Shown one piece after another: positions 1 to 9,226 of a DNA stretch of 64,000 nt. Below the pieces are notes generated by a model that saw only the letters and a list, made by a program, of their open reading frames with translations, made no database searches and had not been told where the DNA came from. Position 1 is the first letter of the stretch. Every line of letters begins with the position of its first letter. The stretch is from Myxococcota bacterium (GTDB lineage Bacteria; Myxococcota_A; UBA9160; SZUA-336). Made by a program: the position numbers and the translations under genes. The stretch covers positions 1,536,001 through 1,600,000 of the forward strand of contig CBDFGR010000002.1 in assembly GCA_965247115.1 (NCBI GenBank), given 5' to 3'.

Positions 1-1
1 G

Positions 2-163
2 CGCATCAACGGGGTCACCTTCAGCTCCGTGGAGCTTCAGTCCGAGGTCGTTCGCACGACCCCAGCGGGCTTTGCGGTCTGCTTCGAGGACCTCGACCCA
101 GAGCCGCGTCGCCTGCTGGAGGAGCTGCTGTCAGGCGACGACACTGCGGGAGCCGTCTACTAG
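2..163 (+). CDS. C-terminal part of a probable PilZ-domain protein (truncated at window start)
   Basis: Manual translation ...SVELQSEVVRTTPAGFAVCFEDLDPEPRRLLEELL...* resembles the PilZ C-terminal VVR-x-GFAVxF-helix pattern; stop at 161-163. Confidence 0.6.
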   Translation, partial: RINGVTFSSVELQSEVVRTTPAGFAVCFEDLDPEPRRLLEELLSGDDTAGAVY

Positions 164-1005
164 GGCAGACCAGCCCCCGGGACCTCGACCTCGGTGAACT
201 CAATTCGCCCCCTAGCCTGAGCGCGCGTCTCGCGAGCGCTCGAGCTCGGAGCAGTGCAGACGAAGAGCGTGCGCCGCTCGGGACCACCCAGCATGCAGGC
301 AAAGGCCTGCGTTGACACCGAGATGCGTCGCGTCACTTCGCCCCCCTCGCGCACGCGTAGCACTTCCGCGCTGGTGGGTGATGCCACCCAGATCGCGCCC
401 TCCGCATCCAGGCAGATCCCGTCGGGCACCGCGCCGGGAGTGGCGGCCCACTCGCGCCGACCGGAGAGCCCGCCGTCGGCTGCCACGTCGAAGGCGGTGA
501 GCCGCGCGCGGAACGACTCGCCGACGATCAGCGTGCCCCCATCGGGCGTGATCACAGTTCCGTTCGGAAAGCCGAGCTCATCGGCAACGACGCGAGTGTG
601 GCCGTCGGGGGTCGCCAGGACAAGCTCGGCCGTCTTGAAGTCCGCCTGCGCCTCGAGGTCGAAGCCGAAGTTCCCGACGTAGGCCCGACCCTCCGCATCC
701 ACGACCATGTCGTTGCAGTGGAACGACGCCAGAGCGGAGAGGTCCGCATGCTCGACCAGGCCCCCCGGATCCAGGCGCAGGAGCTTCCTGTCCGTCATGG
801 AGACGACGAGCAGGCGACCGTCTGGCAGCCAGCCCAGACCAGACGGTTGCTGCGGGACCTCCACGATCGTCTCCGTGTTCCCCTGCATGTCCACGGCCAC
901 GACGCGGTGAAAGTGCATGTCCGAGAACCAGAGCCGCCCGTCGTGCCAGCGCGGTCCCTCGGGGAACGCGAGACCATCGACGAGGATGGAGAGCTCAGCA
1001 CTCAC
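160..1005 (-). CDS. SMP-30/gluconolactonase/LRE family protein
   Basis: FPEGPRW, CND, FPNG and PDGICLDAEG motifs. Confidence 0.9.
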   Translation of the reverse strand: MSAELSILVDGLAFPEGPRWHDGRLWFSDMHFHRVVAVDMQGNTETIVEVPQQPSGLGWLPDGRLLVVSMTDRKLLRLDPGGLVEHADLSALASFHCNDMVVDAEGRAYVGNFGFDLEAQADFKTAELVLATPDGHTRVVADELGFPNGTVITPDGGTLIVGESFRARLTAFDVAADGGLSGRREWAATPGAVPDGICLDAEGAIWVASPTSAEVLRVREGGEVTRRISVSTQAFACMLGGPERRTLFVCTAPSSSARETRAQARGRIEFTEVEVPGAGLP

Positions 1006-1080
1006 GCTGCTGATTCTAGCAGCGGCCCCTGGACCCGTGGGTGGGACCTCCTATCCTGCAGTGCCCGAGAGGAGTCCTGG

Positions 1081-3681
1081 TTGCGAGAGATTCCGGAGAA
1101 GTACGACCACGCGGAGGGCGAGGCTACCTGGAAGGAGCGCTGGGAGTCGGAGGGTCTCTACCGCTGGGACCCAACGCGGCCGCGCGAGGAGACCTTCGTG
1201 GTGGACACCCCCCCGCCGACGGTCTCGGGCTCGCTCCACGTCGGGCACGTGTTCAGCTACACGCACCAGGATGTGATCGCGCGTTACCAGCGCATGCTCG
1301 GCAAGAATATCGCCTACCCCATGGGCTGGGACGACAACGGGCTCCCCACAGAGCGCCGCGTGCAGGACTCGTTCGGGATCCGTCCCGATCCCGGCCTGCC
1401 TTACGACCCGAGCTGGAGACCTCGCCGCGACAAGAGCAAGAAGGAGCCCGTCGAGGTGGTCTCGCGCCGCAACTTCGTCGAGGCCTGCGCGCTCGTCACG
1501 GAGGAAGACGAGGCCGCCTTCGAGGAGCTGTGGCGCAACCTCGGCCTCTCGGTGGACTGGGGGCAGCAGTACGCGACGATCGACGCGCACTGCCGGCGCC
1601 TGGCGCAGCTGTCATTTCTCGACCTCACCGAGAAGGGAGAGGTGTACCAGAGCCTGTCCCCCACCATGTGGGATGTGGACTTCCAGACCGCGGTCGCGCA
1701 GGCTGAGGTCGAGGATCGCGAACGGCCGGGCGCCTACCACGACATCCGCTTCGACATCGAAGGCGGCAGCGAGCTAGTCATCTCGACGACGCGACCCGAG
1801 CTGCTCGGCGCGTGCATTGCGGTCGTCGCCCACCCCGAGGACGAGCGCTACCGGCCGATCTTCGGCAAGCAGGCGATCGTTCCGCTGTTCGGCGCAGCCG
1901 TGCCGATTCTTCCGGCGGAGCACGCGGACCCCGAGCGGGGCACGGGCATCCTGATGGTCTGCACGTTCGGCGACCTCGCCGACGTCGAGTTCTGGCGCGG
2001 TAGCGGGCTGCCACTCCGTCAGCTGCTCGCCGCCAACGGTCGGATCGCTCCGGTGCGCTTCGGCCAGGAGCCCTTCGCGAGCCGGAACGCCGCGGCTGCC
2101 AACACCGCCCACGCGGAGCTCGAGGGCAAGAGCGTCGTGCAGGCACGCAAGAGGGTCGCCGAGCTGCTTCGCGACGCCGGCCGGCTGGTCGGCGAGCCGC
2201 AGCCCGTGCGCCACCCTGTCAAGTTCTACGAGCGCGGCGAGCGGCCGCTCGAATTCGTTCCCACACGGCAGTGGTTCGTCCGGTTGCTCGAGCACAAGCA
2301 GCAGCTGATCGAGCAGGGGCGCAAGATCGCCTGGCATCCGGAGTTCATGCGCGCGCGCTACGAGGACTGGGTGGAGGGCTTGAACCAGGACTGGTGCATC
2401 AGTCGCCAGCGCTACTCGGGCGTGCCCTTTCCCGTCTGGTACCCGCTCTCCGCCGAGGGCGAGGTCGAGTACGACCGCCCGATCTTTGCGACGCTCGAGC
2501 AGCTCCCGGTCGACCCCACCTCCGAGACACCGCAGGGCTACGAGGAGGCCCAGCGCAACCAGCCCGGTGGCTTCGCCGGCGACCCCGACGTAATGGACAC
2601 GTGGGCTACTTCCTCCCTGTCGCCGCAGATCATGAGCCACTGGAAGCTCGATCCGGCACGGCACGCGCGGCTCTTTCCGATGGACGTCCGCCCGCAGTCC
2701 CACGAGATCATCCGCACATGGGCCTTCTACACGATCGTCAAGGCGTGGATGCACGAGCGCGAGGTGCCCTGGCGGAACGTCGTCATCAGCGGCTGGATCC
2801 TCGACCCCGACCGCAAGAAGATGAGCAAGTCTCGCGGCAACGTCGTGACGCCCGGCGAGCTCCTTGCCGAACACTCGGCAGACGCCGTGCGCTACTGGGC
2901 GGCGCGCGCTCGCCTCGGCGCGGACACCGCCTACGACCCGAAGATCTTCAAGCTCGGCAAGCGGCTCTGCACCAAGCTCGTGAACGCGAGCCGCTTCGCG
3001 CTCGCGCGTGTGGAGGAGAATGAGGGCGCGAGCCTCGGCGCTGAGCAGATCGTGGAGCCTCTGGACGTCGACTTCGTGACGCGCGTGCGCCGGGTCGCGG
3101 CCAAGGCCAGCAAAGAGCTCGATCGCTTCGAGTACTCCGGCGCGCTGCAGGTGACTGAGCAGGCGTTCTGGGAGTTCTGTGATCACTATCTGGAGCTGGT
3201 GAAGAGCCGCTCGTACGCGCAAGTGGACACACCGGGTCGCCGCTCAGCGCTCGCCACGCTACAGCTCGCGCTCCGGACCTTCCTGCGCCTGTTCGCACCG
3301 TTCCTGCCCTTCGTGTGCGAGGAGATCTGGTCCTGGCGTTTTGCAGGTCCGGGACGGGAGAGCTCGATCCATACGGCGCCGTGGCCCACCCCAGAGGATT
3401 CGGCCAACGTCGCGAGCGGCGATGGCGCGGATCGCTATGCCTGCGCGATCGAGCTCAGCCAGAAGATCCGTGCTGCAAAGACTCGCGCGCGGAGGAGCCT
3501 GCGCTGGCCCGTCGAGAGCCTCGACGTCTCAGGCCAGGGGGACGACGTCGCTGCCCTGCGCACGGTGCTGGCCGATGTGCTTGCCGCGGGAACGATCGCC
3601 GAGGAGCGCTGCAGAATCCGGACGGGCCCGGCTCCCGAGGGCGAGCGCTTCTCCGTAGAGGTAGTCCTGGCGGAGGAGTGA
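1081..3681 (+). CDS. valS: Valine--tRNA ligase (type-2-like, no C-terminal coiled-coil arm)
   Basis: DTPPPTVSGSLHVGH (HIGH), GTG editing motif, DWCISRQR, KMSKS; TTG start at 1081 after a GAGAGGAG SD. Confidence 0.95.
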   Translation: MREIPEKYDHAEGEATWKERWESEGLYRWDPTRPREETFVVDTPPPTVSGSLHVGHVFSYTHQDVIARYQRMLGKNIAYPMGWDDNGLPTERRVQDSFGIRPDPGLPYDPSWRPRRDKSKKEPVEVVSRRNFVEACALVTEEDEAAFEELWRNLGLSVDWGQQYATIDAHCRRLAQLSFLDLTEKGEVYQSLSPTMWDVDFQTAVAQAEVEDRERPGAYHDIRFDIEGGSELVISTTRPELLGACIAVVAHPEDERYRPIFGKQAIVPLFGAAVPILPAEHADPERGTGILMVCTFGDLADVEFWRGSGLPLRQLLAANGRIAPVRFGQEPFASRNAAAANTAHAELEGKSVVQARKRVAELLRDAGRLVGEPQPVRHPVKFYERGERPLEFVPTRQWFVRLLEHKQQLIEQGRKIAWHPEFMRARYEDWVEGLNQDWCISRQRYSGVPFPVWYPLSAEGEVEYDRPIFATLEQLPVDPTSETPQGYEEAQRNQPGGFAGDPDVMDTWATSSLSPQIMSHWKLDPARHARLFPMDVRPQSHEIIRTWAFYTIVKAWMHEREVPWRNVVISGWILDPDRKKMSKSRGNVVTPGELLAEHSADAVRYWAARARLGADTAYDPKIFKLGKRLCTKLVNASRFALARVEENEGASLGAEQIVEPLDVDFVTRVRRVAAKASKELDRFEYSGALQVTEQAFWEFCDHYLELVKSRSYAQVDTPGRRSALATLQLALRTFLRLFAPFLPFVCEEIWSWRFAGPGRESSIHTAPWPTPEDSANVASGDGADRYACAIELSQKIRAAKTRARRSLRWPVESLDVSGQGDDVAALRTVLADVLAAGTIAEERCRIRTGPAPEGERFSVEVVLAEE

Positions 3682-3694
3682 GTGCGGCGGCGCG

Positions 3695-4957
3695 CTAGCG
3701 TTGGCTGCGGAAGCGGTCACCGACCAGGACGTCGGTGCGAGCCCGGGTGACCAGCGCGAGTGAGGTCTTCTCCGACACTTTGACCACGAAGGCGCCGCCG
3801 ATCACGTCGTCCGGCACGATCACCCTCTCGAGGGTGGCCGGATCCCGAGCTTCCTGTGACGCGCGGTAGAGCTCGAAGCGGCGCCCGGGCGTGATCCCCT
3901 CGCGCAGCCCACGGTCCAGGATGACCATGTCGCCGGAGCTGGCGCGCAGCCGGTACGGCTGGTAGGCGAGCACCCGACCCTCTACGCGCTCCTCCGAGTG
4001 AACCTCGACGAACTCCGTCGGTTGCTCGACGTAGGGCATCACGCGGTCACCGGGCTCGATCTCCGAATAGGACATGGTGATGCGGACGTAGGACGACCCG
4101 GGGTGGATCTCGGTGACCTCGGCGTGGCCAAGGACCTGGACGAAGTAGCCAAGGTTCTCGAGCGTCTCCGGATGGCGGACCCTCTTGATGGTGCGAAAGA
4201 TGGTCAGCGCATCGCCCATGTGGGCCTTGCCCTCGCCCAGGCTCACGATCGTGCGCTGCCCCTGAGACGACCAGTAGTGCGCCTCGTGGCTGCCCATGAT
4301 CGCTGCGGTGCCCGTGTACTGAAGGTCGCTGACAAAGCCGTAGCGATGCAGACCCGAGAAACGCATCACCCGGCTGACACCCGTCTCCCCTTGATCCAGT
4401 GCGGCGAAGGGATCGTCCAAGGACGGAGCCTCTTCCAGCTCTTCCCCGAGGTCCGCCGGGTACGGAAGCAGCCCTTCGTCCCCCGGGATCCCGCCGGCAT
4501 ACTCCGAGCCATCGGAGTACTCCGAGCCGTCACCCGCTTCGGACCCGTCGCGGGCCTCGGAGTCAGCAGCGGCCATGTCCTCCGAACCGTCCTCGGATCC
4601 CAGGATCTCCAGGGCAGAGCTTGCGCTGAAGTCCTCGCCCGCCTCGGCCATTGCCTGCCGCAGCCGTTCCGCCTCTTCGGGCGTGAGCTTGCGCATCAGC
4701 CGCTCGCTGATCCAGACCTCGTCCTTGGGGTAGATCAGGTGAGGATTGGCGATGTACTCGTTCTCGGTCCAGACCGAGGGCCACACCCACGGAGTCCCCA
4801 GATAGTGATTGGAGATGTCCCAAAGGGTGTCTCCCCTGATGATCAGGTGGATGTACCCCTTCTCGCCGTCCCGAACCTCGACCTTGCCCTGCGCCGAGGA
4901 CAGACCGGGAAGCGTGAGGACGAGCGCGACGAGTGAGATGAGCCAGAACGAGGGCAT
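3695..4957 (-). CDS. Exported LysM peptidoglycan-binding protein
   Basis: Signal peptide; LysM HLIIRGDTLWDIS...WPSVW..N..IANPHLIYP; acidic linker; C-terminal beta domain. Confidence 0.85.
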   Translation of the reverse strand: MPSFWLISLVALVLTLPGLSSAQGKVEVRDGEKGYIHLIIRGDTLWDISNHYLGTPWVWPSVWTENEYIANPHLIYPKDEVWISERLMRKLTPEEAERLRQAMAEAGEDFSASSALEILGSEDGSEDMAAADSEARDGSEAGDGSEYSDGSEYAGGIPGDEGLLPYPADLGEELEEAPSLDDPFAALDQGETGVSRVMRFSGLHRYGFVSDLQYTGTAAIMGSHEAHYWSSQGQRTIVSLGEGKAHMGDALTIFRTIKRVRHPETLENLGYFVQVLGHAEVTEIHPGSSYVRITMSYSEIEPGDRVMPYVEQPTEFVEVHSEERVEGRVLAYQPYRLRASSGDMVILDRGLREGITPGRRFELYRASQEARDPATLERVIVPDDVIGGAFVVKVSEKTSLALVTRARTDVLVGDRFRSQR

Positions 4958-5024
4958 GCACATTCCCCTTCCGGGAAAGCATCGGCAGCGCGGAAAGTGC
5001 CCTTGAGATGGCGAAGCTGCGGCG

Positions 5025-6374
5025 CTAGCCGGACCCCCGGTTCTTCCGCCAGCTCGGGTGGGTGATTCCGAGGCGCTGCACGCGATAGTTGAGCTTGCGT
5101 CGGCTCATGCGAAGCAGATGGGCCGCGTCTTTCTGTACCCAGCTGGCGCGTTCCAGGGCCTGCAGGACGAGCGAGCGCTCTACCTCTCGGTAGTCGACAC
5201 CTTCGGCGGGCAGGCGCACCGCCATGCCTTCCCCGCCCTCGTACTCGGGCGCGTCCAGACACAGGTCGCAGCGCTCGACGCACTCGGAGTCGCCCATCAA
5301 GACCGCTCGCTCGACCACGTTGCGAAGCTCGCGCACGTTCCCTGGCCAGTGGTGTCGCATGAGCGCATCCAGCGCCCCGGGCGAGAAGCCGCGCTTGGGT
5401 CTGGCCTCCAGCCGGTTGAACTCGCGCAAGAACTCCTGCGCCAGCTCCGGGACGTCGCAAGCTCGCTGGCGCAGCAGGGGCAGCCGAATGGTGATGACGT
5501 TCAGCCGGAAGAGCAGCTCCGCCCGGAACTGACCCGCTCGGATCATCTCGCGCAGGTCCTGGTTCGTGGCCGCGATCACCCGTACGTCGACGCGCAAGGA
5601 CTGCGAGCCACCCAGACGCTCGAACTCGCGCTCTTGCAGCGCGCGCAGCACCTTGCCCTGAGTGCGCAGACTCATGTCTCCGATCTCGTCGAGGAACAGA
5701 GTCCCGCCGTCCGCCTCCTCGAAACGTCCGAGACGACGCTGCTCGGCTCCCGTGAACGCGCCACGCTCGTGACCGAACAGCTCGCTCTCGAGCAGCGGCT
5801 CTGGCAGCGCGGCGCAGTTCACCTTGACGATGCGCTGCGTGCGTCGAGGCGACAGAGCGTGAATAGTGCCGGCAACCAGCTCCTTGCCAGTCCCGGTTTC
5901 GCCGATCACGAGCACGCTGGCGCGCGAGCCAGCCACCTTCTTGATCTGCCGTCGCACGGCTTTGATCTCCGGACCGGAGCCGAGTATCGAGCGCTCGGTC
6001 TCGAGCGCCGCACTCTCGCCACGCAGACGCGCGAGCTCTACACGCAACCCAAGCTGTGCAAGCGCGCGATCGAGCTTGATGCCCAGCTCGTCCAGATCAA
6101 AGGGGAAGGCGACAAAGTCGTCCGCCCCCTGCTTGAGTGCTGCCACCTGTGCCTCGACGCAGCCGCGCGCGCAGAGTGCCAGGATCGCCGGACGCGGTGA
6201 GAGAGCGGCGAGCTCGCGCAGTCGCGCAGCGGCTGCGGGGTAGTCGAGGATCGCTGCCCGCGGGACGCCTCCCGCCAGGCGCTCCTGTACCTCGTAGCCC
6301 TGCCCGGTGAGCCATCGCTCCAACTCCGAGCGGACTTTCGAGTCCCCGCAGACCAAGACCACGCGCTCGTGCAC
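5025..6374 (-). CDS. Sigma-54-dependent transcriptional activator with atypical receiver domain
   Basis: GETGTGKE, GAFTGA, LFLDEIG, WPGNVREL, Fis-type HTH. Confidence 0.92.
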   Translation of the reverse strand: MHERVVLVCGDSKVRSELERWLTGQGYEVQERLAGGVPRAAILDYPAAAARLRELAALSPRPAILALCARGCVEAQVAALKQGADDFVAFPFDLDELGIKLDRALAQLGLRVELARLRGESAALETERSILGSGPEIKAVRRQIKKVAGSRASVLVIGETGTGKELVAGTIHALSPRRTQRIVKVNCAALPEPLLESELFGHERGAFTGAEQRRLGRFEEADGGTLFLDEIGDMSLRTQGKVLRALQEREFERLGGSQSLRVDVRVIAATNQDLREMIRAGQFRAELLFRLNVITIRLPLLRQRACDVPELAQEFLREFNRLEARPKRGFSPGALDALMRHHWPGNVRELRNVVERAVLMGDSECVERCDLCLDAPEYEGGEGMAVRLPAEGVDYREVERSLVLQALERASWVQKDAAHLLRMSRRKLNYRVQRLGITHPSWRKNRGSG

Positions 6375-6437
6375 TCGTCACCCGAGTTTCAAAAATGCAC
6401 TCGAAGTATCGGAGCGCGGCGTCCGGAAGTGAAACCG

Positions 6438-7748
6438 CTAGCGGCCGACTCCCGTATAGCGGAAGCCCAGCTTCTCGACCTCACTGCGATCGTAGACGTT
6501 GCGCAGGTCGACGAGGACCGGGCTCAAGAGGTACTCCCTGAGCCTCACGAAGTCGAGCGAGCGGAACTCGTTCCACTCCGTGGCCAGGACCAGACAGTCG
6601 CTGTCTTTCGCGACGTCGTACGCATCCTTACAGAAGGTCACATCCACGAGCTCTTCCCGAGCCCTCGGCATGGCTTGCGGGTCGAAGCAGCGCACCCCGG
6701 CACCCTCCTCCTGCAGACGTCGGATGATCCCCAGTGCGGGCGAGTCTCGCACGTCGTCCGTGTTCGGCTTGTAGGAGAGACCGAGCACGCCCACGGTCTT
6801 GCCGACCAGGGCTCCGATCTGCTCGGAGATCTTCTCGATCATGCGCTCGCGCTGTGCGTCGTTGGCGGCGATCGCCGCGGAGACGACGCGCTGCTCGACT
6901 CCGAACTCGCGGCTGAAGCTCACGAGCGAAAGGGTGTCCTTGGGAAAGCAGGAGCCGCCGTAGCCCGGCCCGGGATGCAGGAACTTGCTGCTGATCCTGC
7001 CGTCCAGTCCCATCGCGCGCGCCACGTGGTGCACGTCCGCACCGACCCTTTCCGCCAGGTTGGAGATCTCGTTGATGAAGCTGATCTTCGCCGCGAGGAA
7101 AGCGTTCGACGCATACTTGATGAGCTCGGCTGTCGCGATGTTCGTGACGACGAAGGGCACCTCGATCAAGTAGAGCGGACGGTAGAGGTCCCTGAGAATC
7201 GCGATCGCCTCATCGTCCTCCGCGCCGATCACGATACGATCGGGGCGCAGGAAGTCCTCCACCGCGCTGCCCTCGCGCAGGAACTCCGGGTTCGCGACAA
7301 CGGAGCAGCGATGCTGTTCGTTGCCGCTCTCTGCCATGGCAGCTTCGATCGTCCTCTTGACCCGCTCCGCCGTCCGCACCGGGACGGTGCTCTTCGTGAC
7401 GACCACCTTGTAGCCATCGAGACTGGCACCGATGGTGCGTGAGACGTCGTCCACGTATGAGAGGTCCGTGCTGCCGTCCGGTTGCGGAGGAGTGGGGACG
7501 GCAATGAAGATGACCAGGGCTCGCTCGACGGCTTCGCGCGCGTTCGTCGTGAAGCGGAGGCGGCCGTTGCTCGTGTTGCGGCGCACGATCTCCTCGAGTC
7601 CGGGCTCGAAGATCGGAACCTCGCCCTCCCGGAGCTTGTCGATCTTGGCCCCATCCTTGTCGACGCAGGTGACACTGATCCCGAACTCGGCGAAGCAAGC
7701 GCCCGTAACGAGCCCGACGTACCCCGTTCCGATCACCGCCACGTTCAT
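6438..7748 (-). CDS. ugd: UDP-glucose 6-dehydrogenase
   Basis: GTGYVG, KSTVP, NPEFLREG, GYGGSCFPKD, YKPNTDD. Confidence 0.95.
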   Translation of the reverse strand: MNVAVIGTGYVGLVTGACFAEFGISVTCVDKDGAKIDKLREGEVPIFEPGLEEIVRRNTSNGRLRFTTNAREAVERALVIFIAVPTPPQPDGSTDLSYVDDVSRTIGASLDGYKVVVTKSTVPVRTAERVKRTIEAAMAESGNEQHRCSVVANPEFLREGSAVEDFLRPDRIVIGAEDDEAIAILRDLYRPLYLIEVPFVVTNIATAELIKYASNAFLAAKISFINEISNLAERVGADVHHVARAMGLDGRISSKFLHPGPGYGGSCFPKDTLSLVSFSREFGVEQRVVSAAIAANDAQRERMIEKISEQIGALVGKTVGVLGLSYKPNTDDVRDSPALGIIRRLQEEGAGVRCFDPQAMPRAREELVDVTFCKDAYDVAKDSDCLVLATEWNEFRSLDFVRLREYLLSPVLVDLRNVYDRSEVEKLGFRYTGVGR

Positions 7749-8119
7749 GACCGCTCCCTCTTTCGCGCCGAGAACCGGACGCCCTCGAACACCACGATCC
7801 CGATCAAGACTCCCACGGCGTTCGCGCGAAGATCAGCGAATGAGGCAACCCGACTGGGAACCGACGCCTGGAGCCACTCCCCTAGCGCGGCAAAGCCCAG
7901 ACACGCGGCCAGCGCGATCGGGATCCGTAGCTGGGGAGGACCACCGAGGCTCCACAGGGTAACCCAGGAAAGACCGACGAACAGCGGGATGTGTACGAGA
8001 TCCATCGTGGAGGCCGAGAGCCCGAGCCGCACCAGATCTCTCGCCGGCGTGGCGGAGAGCAACAGGATCCCGCCGAGGTAGATCAGGACGACCGGGAGCC
8101 GCCGCAGCGCTGGAGTCAC
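7745..8119 (-). CDS. VanZ-like membrane protein
   Basis: Hydrophobic helices; H..LF, EWLQASVPSR.AS.ADL.AN..G pattern; overlaps both neighbours by 4 nt. Confidence 0.8.
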   Translation of the reverse strand: MTPALRRLPVVLIYLGGILLLSATPARDLVRLGLSASTMDLVHIPLFVGLSWVTLWSLGGPPQLRIPIALAACLGFAALGEWLQASVPSRVASFADLRANAVGVLIGIVVFEGVRFSARKRERS

Positions 8120-9069
8120 GGAGACTCCTCTCGCAGCCAGCGGACGAACTCGCGCAGACCAAGATCGAGGTCCACACGAGGCTCGTAGCCAAGCTCGGCG
8201 CGGGCGAGATCAATCGCCGCCCAGGTTCTTGGCACGTCCCCAGCCTGAAGCGGGTGCACCTCGCGCTTGATGGAGACTCCGAGCGCACGCTCCAGCGCGG
8301 CGATCGTCTCGTTCAACGTCACCGGTGCTCCCCTGCCGAGGTTGTAGACGTGGAAGCCCTCAGCTCGATCGAGGGCACGGAGAATCCCATCGACCAGATC
8401 CGAAACGAAGGTGAAGTCGCGCTCGCTACTCCCGTCTCCGAAGACGGGAATGGCCTCGCCGGCCAGAGCTCGGCGCGCAAAGGTGTGAATGGCGAGATCC
8501 GGGCGCTGGCGTGGCCCGTAGGCCGTAAAGAAGCGCAGGCATGTGATGGAAAAGTCAGCACTCGCGTGGAAGGAGTGACAGAGCAGCTCACCCCCGCGCT
8601 TGCTCGCGCCATAGGGCGAGAGCGGGCGGTCCGGGCGGTCCGCCTCGTTGAACGGCTCCCGCGGCCGATCTCCGTAGACACTTGCCGAGGAGGCAAAGAT
8701 CACGCGTGAGACCTCCGCTTGCGCGGCCGCATGGAGCAGCGTCGCCGTCCCCGTCATGTTGACGTCCATGTACTCCTCGGGCTCGAGCAGGCTCGGTCGA
8801 ACACCTGCACGCGCGGCGAGGTGGATCAGCGCAGCGGGACGGAACTCGCGAAGACAACGCGTGACACCGTCCCGATCGCGGATATCGAGCTCCCAGACAC
8901 CGGCGAAGCCCCGCTGGCTGCGGGCGCCTGCCAGGTTTCGCTCCTTCATCCGTCGCGGATAGAAGTCGTGAAAAGAGTCGAGCACAGCGACTTCATCCGA
9001 GCGCGCGAGCAGAGCGTCCACCACGTGCGACCCAATGGCCCCAGCCCCGCCCGTAACCAGAACCTTCAT
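8116..9069 (-). CDS. NAD-dependent epimerase (UDP-glucuronate 4-epimerase-like)
   Basis: VLVTGGAG, HLAARAGVRPS, YGASK, LRFFTAYGPRQRPDLA; ATG at 9069. Confidence 0.9.
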   Translation of the reverse strand: MKVLVTGGAGAIGSHVVDALLARSDEVAVLDSFHDFYPRRMKERNLAGARSQRGFAGVWELDIRDRDGVTRCLREFRPAALIHLAARAGVRPSLLEPEEYMDVNMTGTATLLHAAAQAEVSRVIFASSASVYGDRPREPFNEADRPDRPLSPYGASKRGGELLCHSFHASADFSITCLRFFTAYGPRQRPDLAIHTFARRALAGEAIPVFGDGSSERDFTFVSDLVDGILRALDRAEGFHVYNLGRGAPVTLNETIAALERALGVSIKREVHPLQAGDVPRTWAAIDLARAELGYEPRVDLDLGLREFVRWLREESP

Positions 9070-9091
9070 GAACAAAGCATAACGAAAAGCA

Positions 9092-9139
9092 AACCCCTAC
9101 CCGATCGGCAACCTGAACCCCTAGCCGATCGGCAACCTG
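9092..9139. repeat. Tandem 2 x 24-bp direct repeat
   Basis: aacccctacccgatcggcaacctg / aacccctagccgatcggcaacctg (one mismatch). Confidence 0.9.
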
Positions 9140-9223
9140 CAAGCGCCGCAATTGCGGCGCGCGCAGCGAAGGCCTGAGCGAAGGTGGGTGGCCCGCGGAC
9201 GCCCGCGGGCCGGGTCCCACAGG
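9138..9223 (-). repeat. REP-like family 1 copy (middle hairpin collapsed)
   Basis: Reverse complement of the TGTGGGACCCGGCCCGCGG...GCGGCGCTTGCA unit. Confidence 0.9.
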
Positions 9224-9226
9224 GAC

